DNA from: Spirogloea muscicola
Taxonomy: Eukaryota
Direction of reading: 5' to 3'
DNA length: 64,000 nt
Assembly (NCBI GenBank): GCA_009602725.1
Contig: WELB01000007.1
Span: 687,697-751,696 of the forward strand
Positions 15,833 to 28,006 of this stretch are shown here, in pieces. The position numbers and the translations under genes were made by a program. Under the pieces are notes generated by a model. It saw only the letters and a program-made list of their open reading frames with translations. It ran no database searches and was not told the DNA's origin. Positions within the stretch are counted from its first letter, which is position 1. Each line of letters starts with the position of its first letter.

Positions 15833-15944
15833 CTGAGAGTTCGCTTGCTGCTGTCTCAGTCCTTAGCACTCCGGCTCCTTCAGACCTTGTCCACTCTCTT
15901 GGGCTGGCCTCTCCCAGCCACCAGTTAATCTGGCCGCGCTTGCT
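15833..15944 (-). mobile_element. 112-bp family A element flanked by a 12-bp direct repeat (putative TSD CTCTCAATTATA)
   Basis: ctctcaattata at 15821-15832 and 15945-15956. Internal gggctggcctctcccagcc dyad at 15901-15919. Confidence 0.75.
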
Positions 15945-16229
15945 CTCTCAATTATAGGAGTCCTGCCTGAGGAAGCTTTGCCATCTCGCTAGAAATCTGA
16001 TTGCTCTTTCAGGCTCAAGCGCCTTGAAAGTCTTATCCTTGAAGGACACAAACTCACAATTTGGCGCTACATATTCGAACGGATGGAGGAGTGACCTATT
16101 CCCTGTGTGCAACACAGGATCCAGCATTTGCAGCCAGCAACAGGAGGTTACTCAACTCGACAACCGTTACCGTGTACTGTACAAAGTGCCTAATAAGAGA
16201 TTAATTCTACTTGGCTTGAGTTTTTTTGT

Positions 16230-18375
16230 TTAAGGTTTAGGGTTTAGGGCCTCAGCTAAAATGGTGCACATCTCTGCATCTGGGTTGGGAAGTAAGTCTT
16301 CAAGTATTTCAACTCTTCTTCTCCGGCCTGTCTGAACCCGAGTTACCCTCTCCTTTTCATCTGCTTCTTGGAATGCAAGCTGCTCAAGACAAGGTCACCA
16401 CATCACTCTGTCGTACCATGGCAAAGCACAGTGTGTCGTGTCTGCATGGTGATGTGTTGCAGTCCTATCAGACCGGTGAGGGCCTCAAGTCCCTGCTATT
16501 GGCTGTATGGAGAAGAGGGCTGTGATCTTGGGACAGACAGATATGTTCTGTGCAAAACGTTACAAGGCAGATTTGCAGGCAAGGCAAGCTCACCAAGTCA
16601 AGGTCTGCATGGACATTCCGCTGATGACGATTTCGGACAGCCTTGTAAGTGAAGCGCCTTCCACAGCCCGGATAGAAGCAAGCAAAAGGTCTCAAGTCCA
16701 AGTGCGCGCTGCTCATGTGCTGGTTGAGGTTGTATAGCTGCAAGCAAGAGGAGCCACAAAGGAATGACTGCTGCATCAAGTGTATGGCGCTAGTGGACGT
16801 CAAGGCGTATGAAAGCTGTAGTGAGTGTAAATTGCACACGGGTAAGACAAGCTGCAACATTACCTCAGTAACTGAACAAACTGGTGGATTAAGGAGCACT
16901 TGGGGAGAATACCATACATACTATTCTCAAAACTCTCACATGCCAGTCTCCCTGCACTAAGAACATCTTCAGGCAGAAGGAGGAGTATCTTCTGCACAAA
17001 TTCAGTGCCACATACTGCCCTTCCCTATTCCTGCTGAAATGAATCGCCCCCCTCTCTCCTCTCCTTAGACGTTCTTGTCTCTAGCAACTTGCACACTCAA
17101 TCAACCTCCAGGTATCGATTGCCCTCCTAGTCTTCAGCCAGTGTGCAGTAGCTACACTTCTATTCCGTGTAGGGTTCTGCTCTCCCTTTCATCTCCTGGT
17201 CAGCTCCAACTTGCACTTGCACAATAGCTCCGGGTGTACTTATATACTAAAACATCCGTTGACATGGAAATCAAGAACGTGAGAAATGCTTGCCTTTGTA
17301 TAGGTCTGGTGGCACCCCTCAATCTTGCAGGTGAAATAGGGCTCCTCGGCCTTGTGGGAATTCCGGTGCTCCTTTAGCAAAGACTTGGAGCAGGCTTCGC
17401 CACACCGGCGGCACCTCACCAGGCCGTGCGCCTCCTTGAGATGTGCCATCAGGTCCCTCTGGTTCTGGAAGTCGTCATTGCAGAGCGAGCAGAGGCAGCC
17501 ATTCAGCCTCCTCTCTGCAAGGAGGCCATGCCACATGCTAATCAGCAACAGCCTGAACGAGGTGGCCAATCGTCCGTGGCTGCCACAAAGCTTAAACCCA
17601 TTGCAGTGTAGGACGGCTGCAGGCCGCATGGCCCTTGAGCTCGCCCTGCAAGCAAAGACGGAGCCGGCCACGAAAGCGTCCCGAGCTGACCGTGCTTCCT
17701 GATGCGGTGCGTGGCGAGGAAGCTGAGGTACTTGAAGCGCTTGCCGCAGCCGTCGGCGGTGCAGGTGTAGGTGTGGCCGCGCAGGGCGCTGGCGGCGTGC
17801 CGCTTGAGGTGGCGCTTGAGGTTGGACTGGTTGGTGCACTGCACGGCGCAGTCGGCGAAGGTGCAGCCGAACAGCTGGCCCTCGTGCCCCAGCATGTGGC
17901 GCTTCAGGTGGTCCTGCCGGATGTACGTGTGCTCGCAGCCTGGCGCCGGGCACTCAAACGGCCTCTGCACCTTGGTGGCGGCAGCGGCGGCATCGCACGC
18001 GGCGCAAGTCATAGGCGGCGGCGGCGGCGGCATTGGCGGGCGGGGGCAGGGGTGACGGGGCCGGCGATGGCTTCTCGTCGGGGTTTCTCGCTTACCTCGC
18101 CAGTATGGGACCGCATGTGCTGCACCACGTACGCCGGCTTGCTGAAGGCCGCACCACAGAGCTCGCAGCAGTAACTCTTGGAGGGCCGCCGCCCGCCGCC
18201 GCCGCCGCCGCCGCCTCCGGAGCCGCCGCCGCCGCCACCGCCGCCTCCGGCAGGATGGCGGCCCTGGCTCCACGCCCGCAGAGCGCGTGGCAGCATGTCG
18301 TCGTCGTCGTCGTAGTCGTCCTCAGGGCCCTCGTCCGCGTCGCCGCACTCACGGGCCTTCTGCTCGCCTGGCGCA

Positions 18376-18414
<39 letters not shown>

Positions 18415-18470
18415 TCGCGCTCGCGCCGCGCCTGGCGCTTGAGGGCGATGACGCCGCCGGGGAGCGCCAT
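16230..18470 (-). CDS. TFIIIA: Transcription factor IIIA (C2H2 zinc finger), exons 18470-18096, 17964-17691, ~17514-17294, 16737-16594, 16379-16230
   Basis: Eight C2H2 fingers in the order and spacing of plant TFIIIA (CELCGAAFSKPA..H..H, Y.RQDHLKRH..H, CGKRFKY, CKIEGC..TYTK|..NL..H, RPFACFYPGCG.RF.YK.VRN.H), plus an acidic F.EADE followed by a basic tail. Confidence 0.87.
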
Positions 18471-19103
18471 GGCCGCTGTAGAGGGGCCGATGGCGCTTCC
18501 TTCAGTCGGAAAAGCCCATCGGCAGCCGACCTCCCTGCCGTCTTATTCCATCCACTCGCGACGCTACCGCGCGGCTGCTCGGCGACGAGACGGCATGGCA
18601 GTTCCTGAACAATGTATTGGCGTGAATTGGCCTCCCTTTTGTTTCATGCGCTCCGCGCGCCGTCTTTGTCTCAGAAGAAGGCGAAGGGCAGGGCAGCTTC
18701 CCTGTCTGCTCTGCCCCATCACTTCTTCGGTGCCGTCGTGTGTACCAGCCCCTACGGCCGCCGCCTTTCGTGCAAGGCACACTTCTGCTAAGCCATCTGC
18801 TAAGCGAGAGAGTCAAGTCTCGCCTGTAATGTCACGTGAAGGGGACAGGAACTTCCCAACAAGGAAGAGCGTTCGCTTTGTGAAGGAAAGGTACACGGCA
18901 CCGGCCAGTTGGCTGTTGTTGCACTCTAAGCACATCACGTACTGTGCAAGGTTTGCACAGTGGTTTGCAACACAGGCATGGGCTTGAGCTCCATGCAGGG
19001 CCACACCTGACTTGCTTCACTCTCGTTATTGCAAATGCTGAAAGAAAGCCCGCCACTGCTGCTGGATCTGTAGCAGGAATGTTACATGCGTCACGGCAGC
19101 TAC

Positions 19104-22100
19104 TCAGGGCACACGGCACTCTTTGACATTCCAGATCTCCTTGGAGTACTGCAGGATGGTGCGGTCACTGCTGAACTTGCCACTTCCAGCTGTGCTGAGG
19201 ATGGACATCTTGTTCCATAGATCCTTGTCACTGCAAGAATGACGAGAACCTCAGGATGAGCACCTCAGCATGCCAGCTACATTTCAACAACTTGACGTAT
19301 CGGACGGGGTGTAGTCCTTGTAATGATCACCAACCACAGGTGTTACTATGAGACAGATAAGGGTGTTGTTGGACTTGCCTGTAAGCCTTGTCCACTTCAG
19401 CTTGGGCAGCAAGATACGACGGGAAGTCGTGTCCCACCAGGAAGTAATCTCCCCTGCCATAGCCAGAGTCCCCCTCAAGAGACTCCAAAAGTGGTTCATA
19501 ATCCTCAGTGCCAAAGGTACCTGCTCGGATATATGCTTTTGTCTCCTCAAAACGTGGATCAGGTGTGAACTGCATAGCCAACATCAACCACTTTGTGTCA
19601 GGAGCATGTCAATGCAAGCAGCAACCAAACTGTGTCAGGAACATGTCAATGCAAGCACTCGTGCTGAATGCAGGAAAACAACCAGCAGGAACCCCCTCAT
19701 TGTATAGAAAATACGCGGCTCAGAAATAGTTCACAGCACAAGAATAAATGAGCTCCATGGCACAGCCTGCCTACCTGTCCTGCCTCTCTTTCCTTCCGAA
19801 GGCGTGCAATATCGCCAGCCTTGGCACCAAACAGGAAGAAATTCTCAGCCCCAATCTCCTCCCGGATCTCCACATTGGCTCCATCCAGGGTGCCAATGAT
19901 CAGGCAGCCATTGAGAGCGAACTTCATGTTGCTTGTTCCGCTGGCCTCCATTCCAGCAGTGCTGATGTGCTGTGAGAGCTCCGCAGCTGGGATTGCCTGC
20001 TCCGCTACTGTGACATTATAGTTGGGAATAAAGACCACCTACAATCACCAAACCAGCACTCAGTAGATGCTAAGCTGACCTGAGTGTCCTGCTATTGCAG
20101 CCATGCTGTACCATGAATGTCAAAGCATCTGCAAAAGGTTATCATCTATGTCACGCGCAAGGTAAGGCGGTGTAAATACTTTCCATCTTGACCAATGTCT
20201 CAGGAATGAACATACTGACCTTCAGTAGAGGGCTGATTTCCGTGTCATTGTTCACCACGCGGCCAACATCAGTCACAAGTTTGACGATGCGCTTAGCCTG
20301 CAGGTAAGTTGCGAAGGCCTTGCCACCGAGCATCACTGTACGGGGAACAACGCCAGTCCGTTCCTCTGGGCTCATCTCCTGCAATGGCAGAAGTAATGCG
20401 GGAGACAAGTCAGCAACTTCCTGACTACTAGGCCAGATATTTGATAGGTACATCTGCACAAGCTTTATGTACTTCCCAGAAGAAAGAGCCCTTCGGCAAG
20501 AAGACTGTTAAAGGTATGTATTGCGTTAAGCAGCTCTCACCTTAAGCCTCTTGTAGTGGTAAATAACCCCTAAAATGTTCAAAAGCTGACGTTTGTACTC
20601 GTGAATTCTCTTGATCTGGATGTCGAACATTGTGTTTGGGTCAATTGTCTCTCCTGTCACTTGCTTGATGTAGTGAGCGAAGCGCACTTTATTTGCCATC
20701 TTTGCTGCAGCCCACTCCTTGTGCAGAGTAGCATCATCTGCGAACTGCATAGACCAAGGTACGATGATCAGTGTACTAGTAAAGGATGCGGATGTGACTG
20801 ATGAAGAGTACATGGTACTTCAATGGTTGCAAGGTAAAGCCCACAAGCTCTCAGTCAGTGAGCACCTTGCGAAGTCCTGTCAGCAGGTCAAGATTGGTAA
20901 CCCAGTCCTCAGTTTGCAGCCATTTCGAGATGATGAAGCTGAGCTCGGGGCTACAGAAGCGCAACCACCGCCTTGGTGTCACTCCATTCGTCTTATTTTG
21001 GAACTTGTGAGGGAAAAGAGAGTAGTAACCTGCAAACAGCTCCTTCACCAGGATATCACTGTGAATCTCTGCAACTCCGTTCACCTGCAGTGAATTATAC
21101 AGGAAGTCAGTGCGTAGATGTCTTTCTCCAAGGACGACAAGGGGACACTTGCACACTGTTAATTTTAACAGGGCAGGGCTTTACTCATCACGGACCAGGT
21201 ACCCGCATACATGCAGAATACTGAGTCACACACTCTGACATATTGTGAAAGTGACTAATTCTGCGTACATGTCATCTTGCACCAACAATAATGTAATAGC
21301 TTCAAATGATGTGCTGCCAGTCTCTCAGCGTAAGTACTCACCGCATGAGCTGCTACCACACAAAGATTGGCCATACGGGCTATAGGTTTCTCGGCATTTG
21401 AGCTATCGAGGATCTGTAGGTCCTTCAACTGATCTTCCAGATCTGGGCGCTTGCTGCGTACCATGTCAAGGAACTGTCACATACAAAAACTTCCACTCTT
21501 GAGTGAGGCAGGCCAAGAACCAAAATTATCGCCATCTGCCTGGACCTATCATTTGACATTGCCAAAAACAATCATACAAACAAGATGTTGCACACACCCA
21601 GTGGGCACTGGTTCTGACCTGCTTGTCGATCTCCGTAATGATCTCCATGATTCGCGGAATCAGCTTTGTGAGCACAGCCTGCGGCCATTTCTCGAGGGCC
21701 TCTGGTAGGACTGTGTGATTGGTGTAAGCACAGGTGCTGTAGTGGACAAGACAGTCAGAACCTGCCTCAGTAAATTGGCCATTACACACCCAGATGCATA
21801 CAGTCGTTGACACTCATGGAGAGCGACACAATGCCTCCTGATTTGTCTTACTTGCTGGTGATATCCCAAGCATCTGCCCAAGAGAGGCCCTCCTGGTCCA
21901 TGAGAAGGCGCATCAGCTCCGGGACGGAAAGTGTAGGGTGAGTGTCATTCATCTGCACAGCCACTTTGTGTGGGAAATCTGACCAGTTGATCGGTTGCCC
22001 AGGTGGCCTCCGCAATTTGAAAGTATTGACAATGTCCTGCAGTTTCATCAGCACGGGACATGAGCAACTTCCTGATATTGTCACTGCCGTCGCAGTCACA

Positions 22101-24180
22101 GTACCGTCACTAGGTATGAAATGGCCACATGTTGCTGTTATAATTGCACACCACAGTTAGAACAGACACTTGCTTGAGCTTAGGTACAAGCTATACAAAT
22201 GCAAGTCACAGCGGAACACCAGAATACAGGCAAGCAATGACCACGTCAGGTGCAGAACTGAGCCAACAGCATACTCTTGACTATGTCAATTGAATATTAA
22301 GCACTTGACATCTGCAAAAGGAGGAGCCATTGGTGTTCTAAATGCTCTTGACCTGTGTACCTGCAGTGAAGCACTGCACAGAAGATACTGTTGTTTCAAG
22401 CGCAACAGCTTTCCCTCTTCTGTTGCATCCCCAGGATACAAAACTGCACAAATCTGTTGGAAAGAAACACATCGCAAGTGTAAGGTAGCCACTCAGGACT
22501 CATGCTATACGCCTCGTCTAAGTGCAGTTAATTGTGATGTTGACAACTCCTGTAGCAATTTACAGTGACTAGCAGGTGCTGAGCCTTAGGCGTTGGACCT
22601 GCTCAGCCTTAGCATGGAGTTGTGCAGCCTTCTCGTGCTCCCCAGCATTGAAAGCATACAAGTCAAACTTGTATGGTGGTGCACGAGCATCCCACAGACG
22701 CAAGCTGATGGTATTTTTGGTCTTGTAGCCAGGAATTGGAACGTCATATGCCAGGGCTTGCACCACCTCCCCTCCGATCCACTCCTTCCTGCAAAACAAT
22801 TTCTGTTTTTAAATCTGCAAGCAGACCCATATCTTATCAAACTGTCGAATGCGCAGAATCCTTGCTGGAATACCTGCCATTCGGAAGAGTCTGGACTTCC
22901 CCAAAGAAGCGTACAGGGTAGACGACATCATACCGAACCACTTCCCATGGGCTATATTTCTGTAGACACAGGAGGAGATGAAGACTGTGTAATCTGTGCT
23001 AATCAATCAAATTTCTGGTTGAGGCAACATCTGCTGACCACAGCAATTATGAGCAAGGAGTAATGAGGTGTATCAATAAACTTCAACATTGACAGAGGAC
23101 TGCCTTCACTGTTTGTTATGGTCGTTAGGCATACCTCGAGCCAGTCCTCGGCGTACTCTTCCTGCCCCTTCTCTGTGATCCTCTGACTGAAGAGACCGTA
23201 TTTGTAACGCAGACCATATCCCCCTGCTGGCAAACTCAGGGTTGCCATGGAGTCCAGGAAGCATGAAGCCAGTCGCCCTAGACCTCCGTTTCCTAGAGCT
23301 GCATCTCTTTCCTGCAGCAAATCTCGGGAATACGTAGGTTGATCATGAGAGTCTGTGTAGTGCAGGGCTCTCCTTTCTGATGGATTATCAGATAGTTTCA
23401 CAGGTAAATCTCCACTGACATTTGTGACCCATAGCAGATATCTTGTCCATGTCACAAGGAGAATAGCATCTCTGCCACAACGTGCTAGACGGTTCCAATA
23501 GAAGCGAACCTGCTCCTTGATGACTTCCATATCGTAGCCCAGCTTCTGAAGCGCAGCTCCATATGCATCTGTCAAGCCGAGATTGCCAACGGCATTGGTC
23601 AAGGCCCTCCCCTGAAGAAATTCCATGGAAATGTAGTAGATCTGCTTTGGATCCTCCTTGGCGTAGTGACGATAAGTCTCGTTCCATCGCTGCAAATCCT
23701 CATCACAGTCTGCGAATCAGCAGCTACATCCCTCCAATACAAATTCAAGTCAGTGGGATACAATGAGCTGTGCACTACTTCACGACAGTAATTGCAGCCC
23801 TCTCAAGTCGCAAGGCGAGTGACATCGTGTACGTGTCTCCGATCCTCTGAGACCATCAGACAACACAACGATCAAGGACCTTGAGACAAAACTCGCATTC
23901 TGGCTGGTGGAGGTGTTGGACCAGAGTGTGTCACCTGGACGAGCTCGTCGCGCACACTCTGAGCAGTGGCGTAGTAGGCTTGCTCGGGATCGAATTTGTT
24001 GGGCGAGAAGTGCGGCTGATACTCCTGATTGTACTTGATGTTGGCGGCCACGCCAAAGGCATCAGAAGGGGAAGGGTGAGAGATGGCAGGGATGACGCGG
24101 GGGGCGATCCCGCGGGGGAGCGGCGTAGGGGCCGGAGCCTGGGCCTCGGCGGAGGCGCTGGCGACGGCCGCCGCAGCCAT
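19104..24180 (-). CDS. PHS2: Alpha-1,4-glucan phosphorylase, H (cytosolic) type, about 15 exons
   Basis: [72 protein letters not shown]-site [19 protein letters not shown]. No L78 insertion before RMANL and no obvious transit peptide. Confidence 0.96.
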
Positions 24181-24907
24181 TGCAGCGGGAAGGCAGCGCG
24201 CACGCCCGACGCCGGGCGTGGCCGGTGTCTAAGCACGGGGCCGGGGGTGGGCGGCGAGATGGCACTGACTGGAGGAATCGCCTCTCGGATTTTGTCCAGT
24301 GACTAGAGAAAGGCGCGCGGTGCGCATGAAATGAAGAGGGTGGCCAAATTGATCGTGGAGGGGGGGGGGGTGGCGGCGCGAGACTCGCCACGCTGGGCCG
24401 CGGAGGCCCCCCCCCAAGTTCCCCGGGAGAGGGCCCCTCAACGCTGACACTTGCCACGCTCCGATCGCCTCCTCCAGACTTGGTTTCCCACGTTGGCACG
24501 AATTGATGACGTGGATGTAAAGGTCTATGCTGATTTGTTCCGGGGACCCCCTGCTCTGCTAAGGGTCGCTAAGCTAGTCAATCGCAGCAAGAATTTAGCT
24601 TTTTCTGAGTGCGCGTGAGAATCGGGTAGCTGGGGCAGGGTGAACAGAGCCAATGGGAGAGAGGCAGCGTGGGTGCTCTGCCAATGGCGCAAGCGATTCT
24701 CCGCCACGTGGCGGCCACCGAGGCCGCCGCATCTCCCGAGCTAAGGGGGGGCTTTTGGGGGCGGGCTCGTGACCCAACCCACAGATTGCGGCTCTCTCTT
24801 TCTTTTGCAACGCCCCAAGCTCAAGAACGTGAGCACTTCCAAAGAGAGAAGGTGCGCGGTGCGCATGAAATGAAAGTTGAAGTGCTCGGCTTATAGAGAA
24901 CAAGAAA

Positions 24908-25120
24908 TCGTGTATATGAAACAATCGAAGGCCAGAATGGCCAAGTACAAAGGCAAAGCACATCAAATGACGTAGCAGCTAACATCTAGCAGCTACTGGA
25001 GCTGCTAGATAAGTAGGGCAGCAGCAGTGGCAGGCGAAGGGATGGGGGGGGGAAAGGGGGAATTTTCGTGTATTTGAAACAAACGAAGGCCAAATGGCCA
25101 AGTACAAAGGCAAGCACATC
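24908..25120. repeat. Pair of ~55-bp direct repeats (24908-24964, 25066-25120)
   Basis: tcgtgtatatgaaacaatcgaaggccagaatggccaagtacaaaggcaaagcacatc versus tcgtgtatttgaaacaaacgaaggccaaatggccaagtacaaaggcaagcacatc. Confidence 0.9.
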
Positions 25121-25204
25121 TTAAGACCTACATAACCTACAGTAGATTGACCCGCTCAGTAACCACGGGTCAAAACATAAAGGTCGCTAACCGATGCCTG
25201 AATA

Positions 25205-26345
25205 CTAGATGGCAGATACGAAGCCCTTCTGCCACCAACTAGAGCTCGCCCAGCTTTCTGGTGCAAAGCAGTAGCCTGAGCACACTGCAAACAGGCCGAA
25301 ACGCAAGAACGACAGATATGCAGCTGGCAAGCCCATCTCAGCCGGGACCACATCTGCATCTCGTGTGTAGCCAAGATTGGCTATGTTTTGAAGCAGAGTA
25401 AGGAAACGAGGACCTAAGCAGCCAAAGATGTCGATTGCCGCTGGCAAGAGCCGATCACATCGGGGGTAATCGGAGTAGTGCTGCAACTTTCTTTGTTCAG
25501 CACTGCCCACTGCGTGGCCAGCGATGTGTGTCGATGCTGGACCTTTATAGGCCTCCGTAACCACAACATCGACCAAGGCCCGTGGTCCTCCACCAGGTTG
25601 CACGCCCACAATGTCAAGTGTGCGGCGATGATGACGTCCCTGGGCATCCGTGGTGATAGGCATGATGTTGTTCACTTCCACGACCGCACGGTACCCGGCG
25701 TCGCGCATCAAACCCGCCAGAGCATCACGGAGGAGGTTGTGGATGCCCAACACTTCTGGTCCAGTGGGGCATCGCAGCATGTGAGTGGCGAGCTCAGCAC
25801 CCTCTGCACGGAAGCCGCACTCACACTGGCGCACCCCAATCAGGCAGTTAGGTGGGAGGCCGAGGAAGAGTTGAAGCAACGTCCGAAAGGCCTCAGAGCT
25901 GATGCTGAAGGCGCTGGCCACGGCGTGTGAGATGATCCAGTCTGTGGCTCCAGGTGTGGCGAGGGAAGTAAGTCTTGCCAGGCTCCTTGGATTGTTGTGA
26001 ATCTCTGGCAGCCTCCTCAAGCTTCTGCGGCGACGCATCTTCCACTGCCGTAACCAGTCTGGATCGTGCCCCTCTATTCGAAGCTTGGGCAAGGGCGGAG
26101 AATGGCGTGAGTAGGGGATGTATAGAGGGGAAAGAGCCGATTGCCGAGTCACGGATGCTCCTCAGATCCGCTTGGAAGGGTAAGGAGCCTTCCTCCACAT
26201 TGCGTACGGGATCGTGGAGGCAAGGGAAGCGCATGGGACGCATAGAGGCGATCTGGTGCCAGCAGCCCAGGAAGGCTGCTTGCGCCGTCTGCTCCAACGA
26301 CCGGCAGCCAAGGCCGATCGCATACGAAAGAGGAGGGGGAGAAGA
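25205..26345 (-). mobile_element. Degraded 3' part of an RLE non-LTR retrotransposon (CRE-like): post-RT region, zinc knuckle and restriction-like endonuclease
   Basis: GLGCRS....AAFLGCW (GGLGLRS..AAF.ASW-like), CECG..H..RC...HNLLRDALA, RRTLDI...VDVVV...EQRKLQHY...PAAIDIFGCLG. Frameshifts between ORFs 25893-26297 and 25205-26152. Confidence 0.8.
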
Positions 26346-26499
26346 GAGGCTGGCAAAGCCAGCCTAAAAAGAATGGACAGTGTCCAAATCCAAAGAACGA
26401 GGAGCCGGGAAAGGACTACACTACAAAACACAAAGAAAGAAGTGGCTCTCCCAATGGGGGCAAAGGCTGTGAAAAGGCAGCCCTAAACACAAGACGATG

Positions 26500-26945
26500 C
26501 AGAGGGAAGCTCAGTACCCGCGAGCAACATTAGTCGGAGTAGCTCGCTGCAGGGAAAGACGCACTCCGCTGAGACCCAGAGGCGGCGGCCATAGCACGGC
26601 CTGCTCGCGTGTGGACGGCGTAGGCAAAGGGAGCGTTCAAACGATACCGCCAGGCGCATTAGGAATACCTGGGCGAGCGAACCGGCGGCGTTCAAGCCGG
26701 GCAGCGCCCCTCTCAGACCCGGCCGCCGGTCAATGGCCTGACGGGCAAGCCGCTGGAGGAGATCAAGCCAGCGGCTGCTGCAAGCCCCGTGAACGTCTAT
26801 CGCCAGGGCTGCGAATTCATCACCAACCGGGTGATCGGCGTATTTTCGCTCTATGCCCCGGGCCGCCAGGCCGACCGCGTGCCCTGCAACCGACGCCGAT
26901 CTGGTGGGATTGGCGGAGTCGACGCAGTCGGTTGTCACCACACCG
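26500..26945 (-). mobile_element. Second, diverged RLE endonuclease C-terminal fragment of a CRE-like element
   Basis: AGHAVGLAARGIERKYADHPVGDEFAALAIDVHGAC aligns by eye with AGHAVGSAEQRKLQHYSDYPRCDRLLPAAIDIFGCL of the adjacent fragment. Confidence 0.7.
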
Positions 26946-27675
26946 GCGAAAGGAAAGATAGAGAGATAGGGAAGGCGCGCGATGCGCATGACATGAAAGC
27001 GTTGCCACTTCAAGCCAATACATTGCTCAGGCAGAATCAAGTGCAAAATTAAAAAGGCTACAGAAAATGGAGCCCTATGCTAAATTTCCTCATGTGAGAG
27101 GTTGACATTGAAGAACAGCGCTTCCATATTGACTGGTGGCTGTGAGAGGCCAGCCCAAAAGAATGTACAAAGTCGGGAGGGGCCGGATGGCGTGACATTA
27201 GTACCCACTGGTGAGCGCATGCAAATCCGACAAGCTAACTAACCCCCCAAGCCTCGTTCATCAGCAGACGTGACAATGACCACCTCCCGACAGTCACACT
27301 GCCCCTGGCGACGGGCCCTCTCCTCCTTGGCCCTTCGAGCCTTTGTCAAATCAAGTAGGCTCTCAGTAACCTCTAGTCAGTAAATGGAGGTCGGAGAATT
27401 GAGCAAGGGCTTGAGCAAACATATGCAGCAGCCACATGATTCGCTACATTGTTTGGGCTTCCGCGTCGGCGTGGGGCCACCAATCTAAACGAACAAGTAA
27501 GATTCCAAAGAAATAAATAAGTACTTCTCCAAATATAAGGCAATGGCTCTGAGAGGTCAGCCGAAGCAATTTGAAGGTCCTAAGGAAAAGGGGGAGAGGG
27601 CTATGGGCTATGAGGGCGATTTACCGCCCTCTACTTGTTATGATTTGCACATACTGACTAGAGGTTATTAAGAGC

Positions 27676-28006
27676 CCACTTGCTGACGTCTTGGAGACTA
27701 GTATCCTGCTTTTTGCGCCATCCGGCCCTTTCAGACCATCTCAGTACTTTGGGCTGGCCTTTTCCAGCCACCTTTTTAAACTGGGCCCACTTGCTGACGT
27801 CTTGGAGACTAGTATCCTGCTTTTTGCGCCATCCGGCCCTTTCAGACCTTCTCATTCTTTTGGGCTGGCCTTTCCCAGCCACCTTCTTAAATTGGGCCAC
27901 TTGCTGACGTCTTGGAGACTAGTATCCTGCTTCTTGCGCCATTCGGCCCTTTCAGACCTTCTCATTCTTTTGGGCTGGCCTTTCCCAGCCACCTTCTTCA
28001 ATTGGG
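27676..28006. repeat. Tandem array of three 111/110-bp units of family A
   Basis: Units start ccacttgctgacgtcttggagactagtatcc at 27676, 27787 and 27897, and each contains gggctggcc(t)ttyccagcc. Confidence 0.95.

Noticed and set aside
27658..27907. 37-aa repeat ORFs and a CRISPR-like appearance of the 111-bp array
   Set aside because: Whole units are near-identical with no unique spacers and there are no cas genes. The ORFs arise because 111 is divisible by 3.
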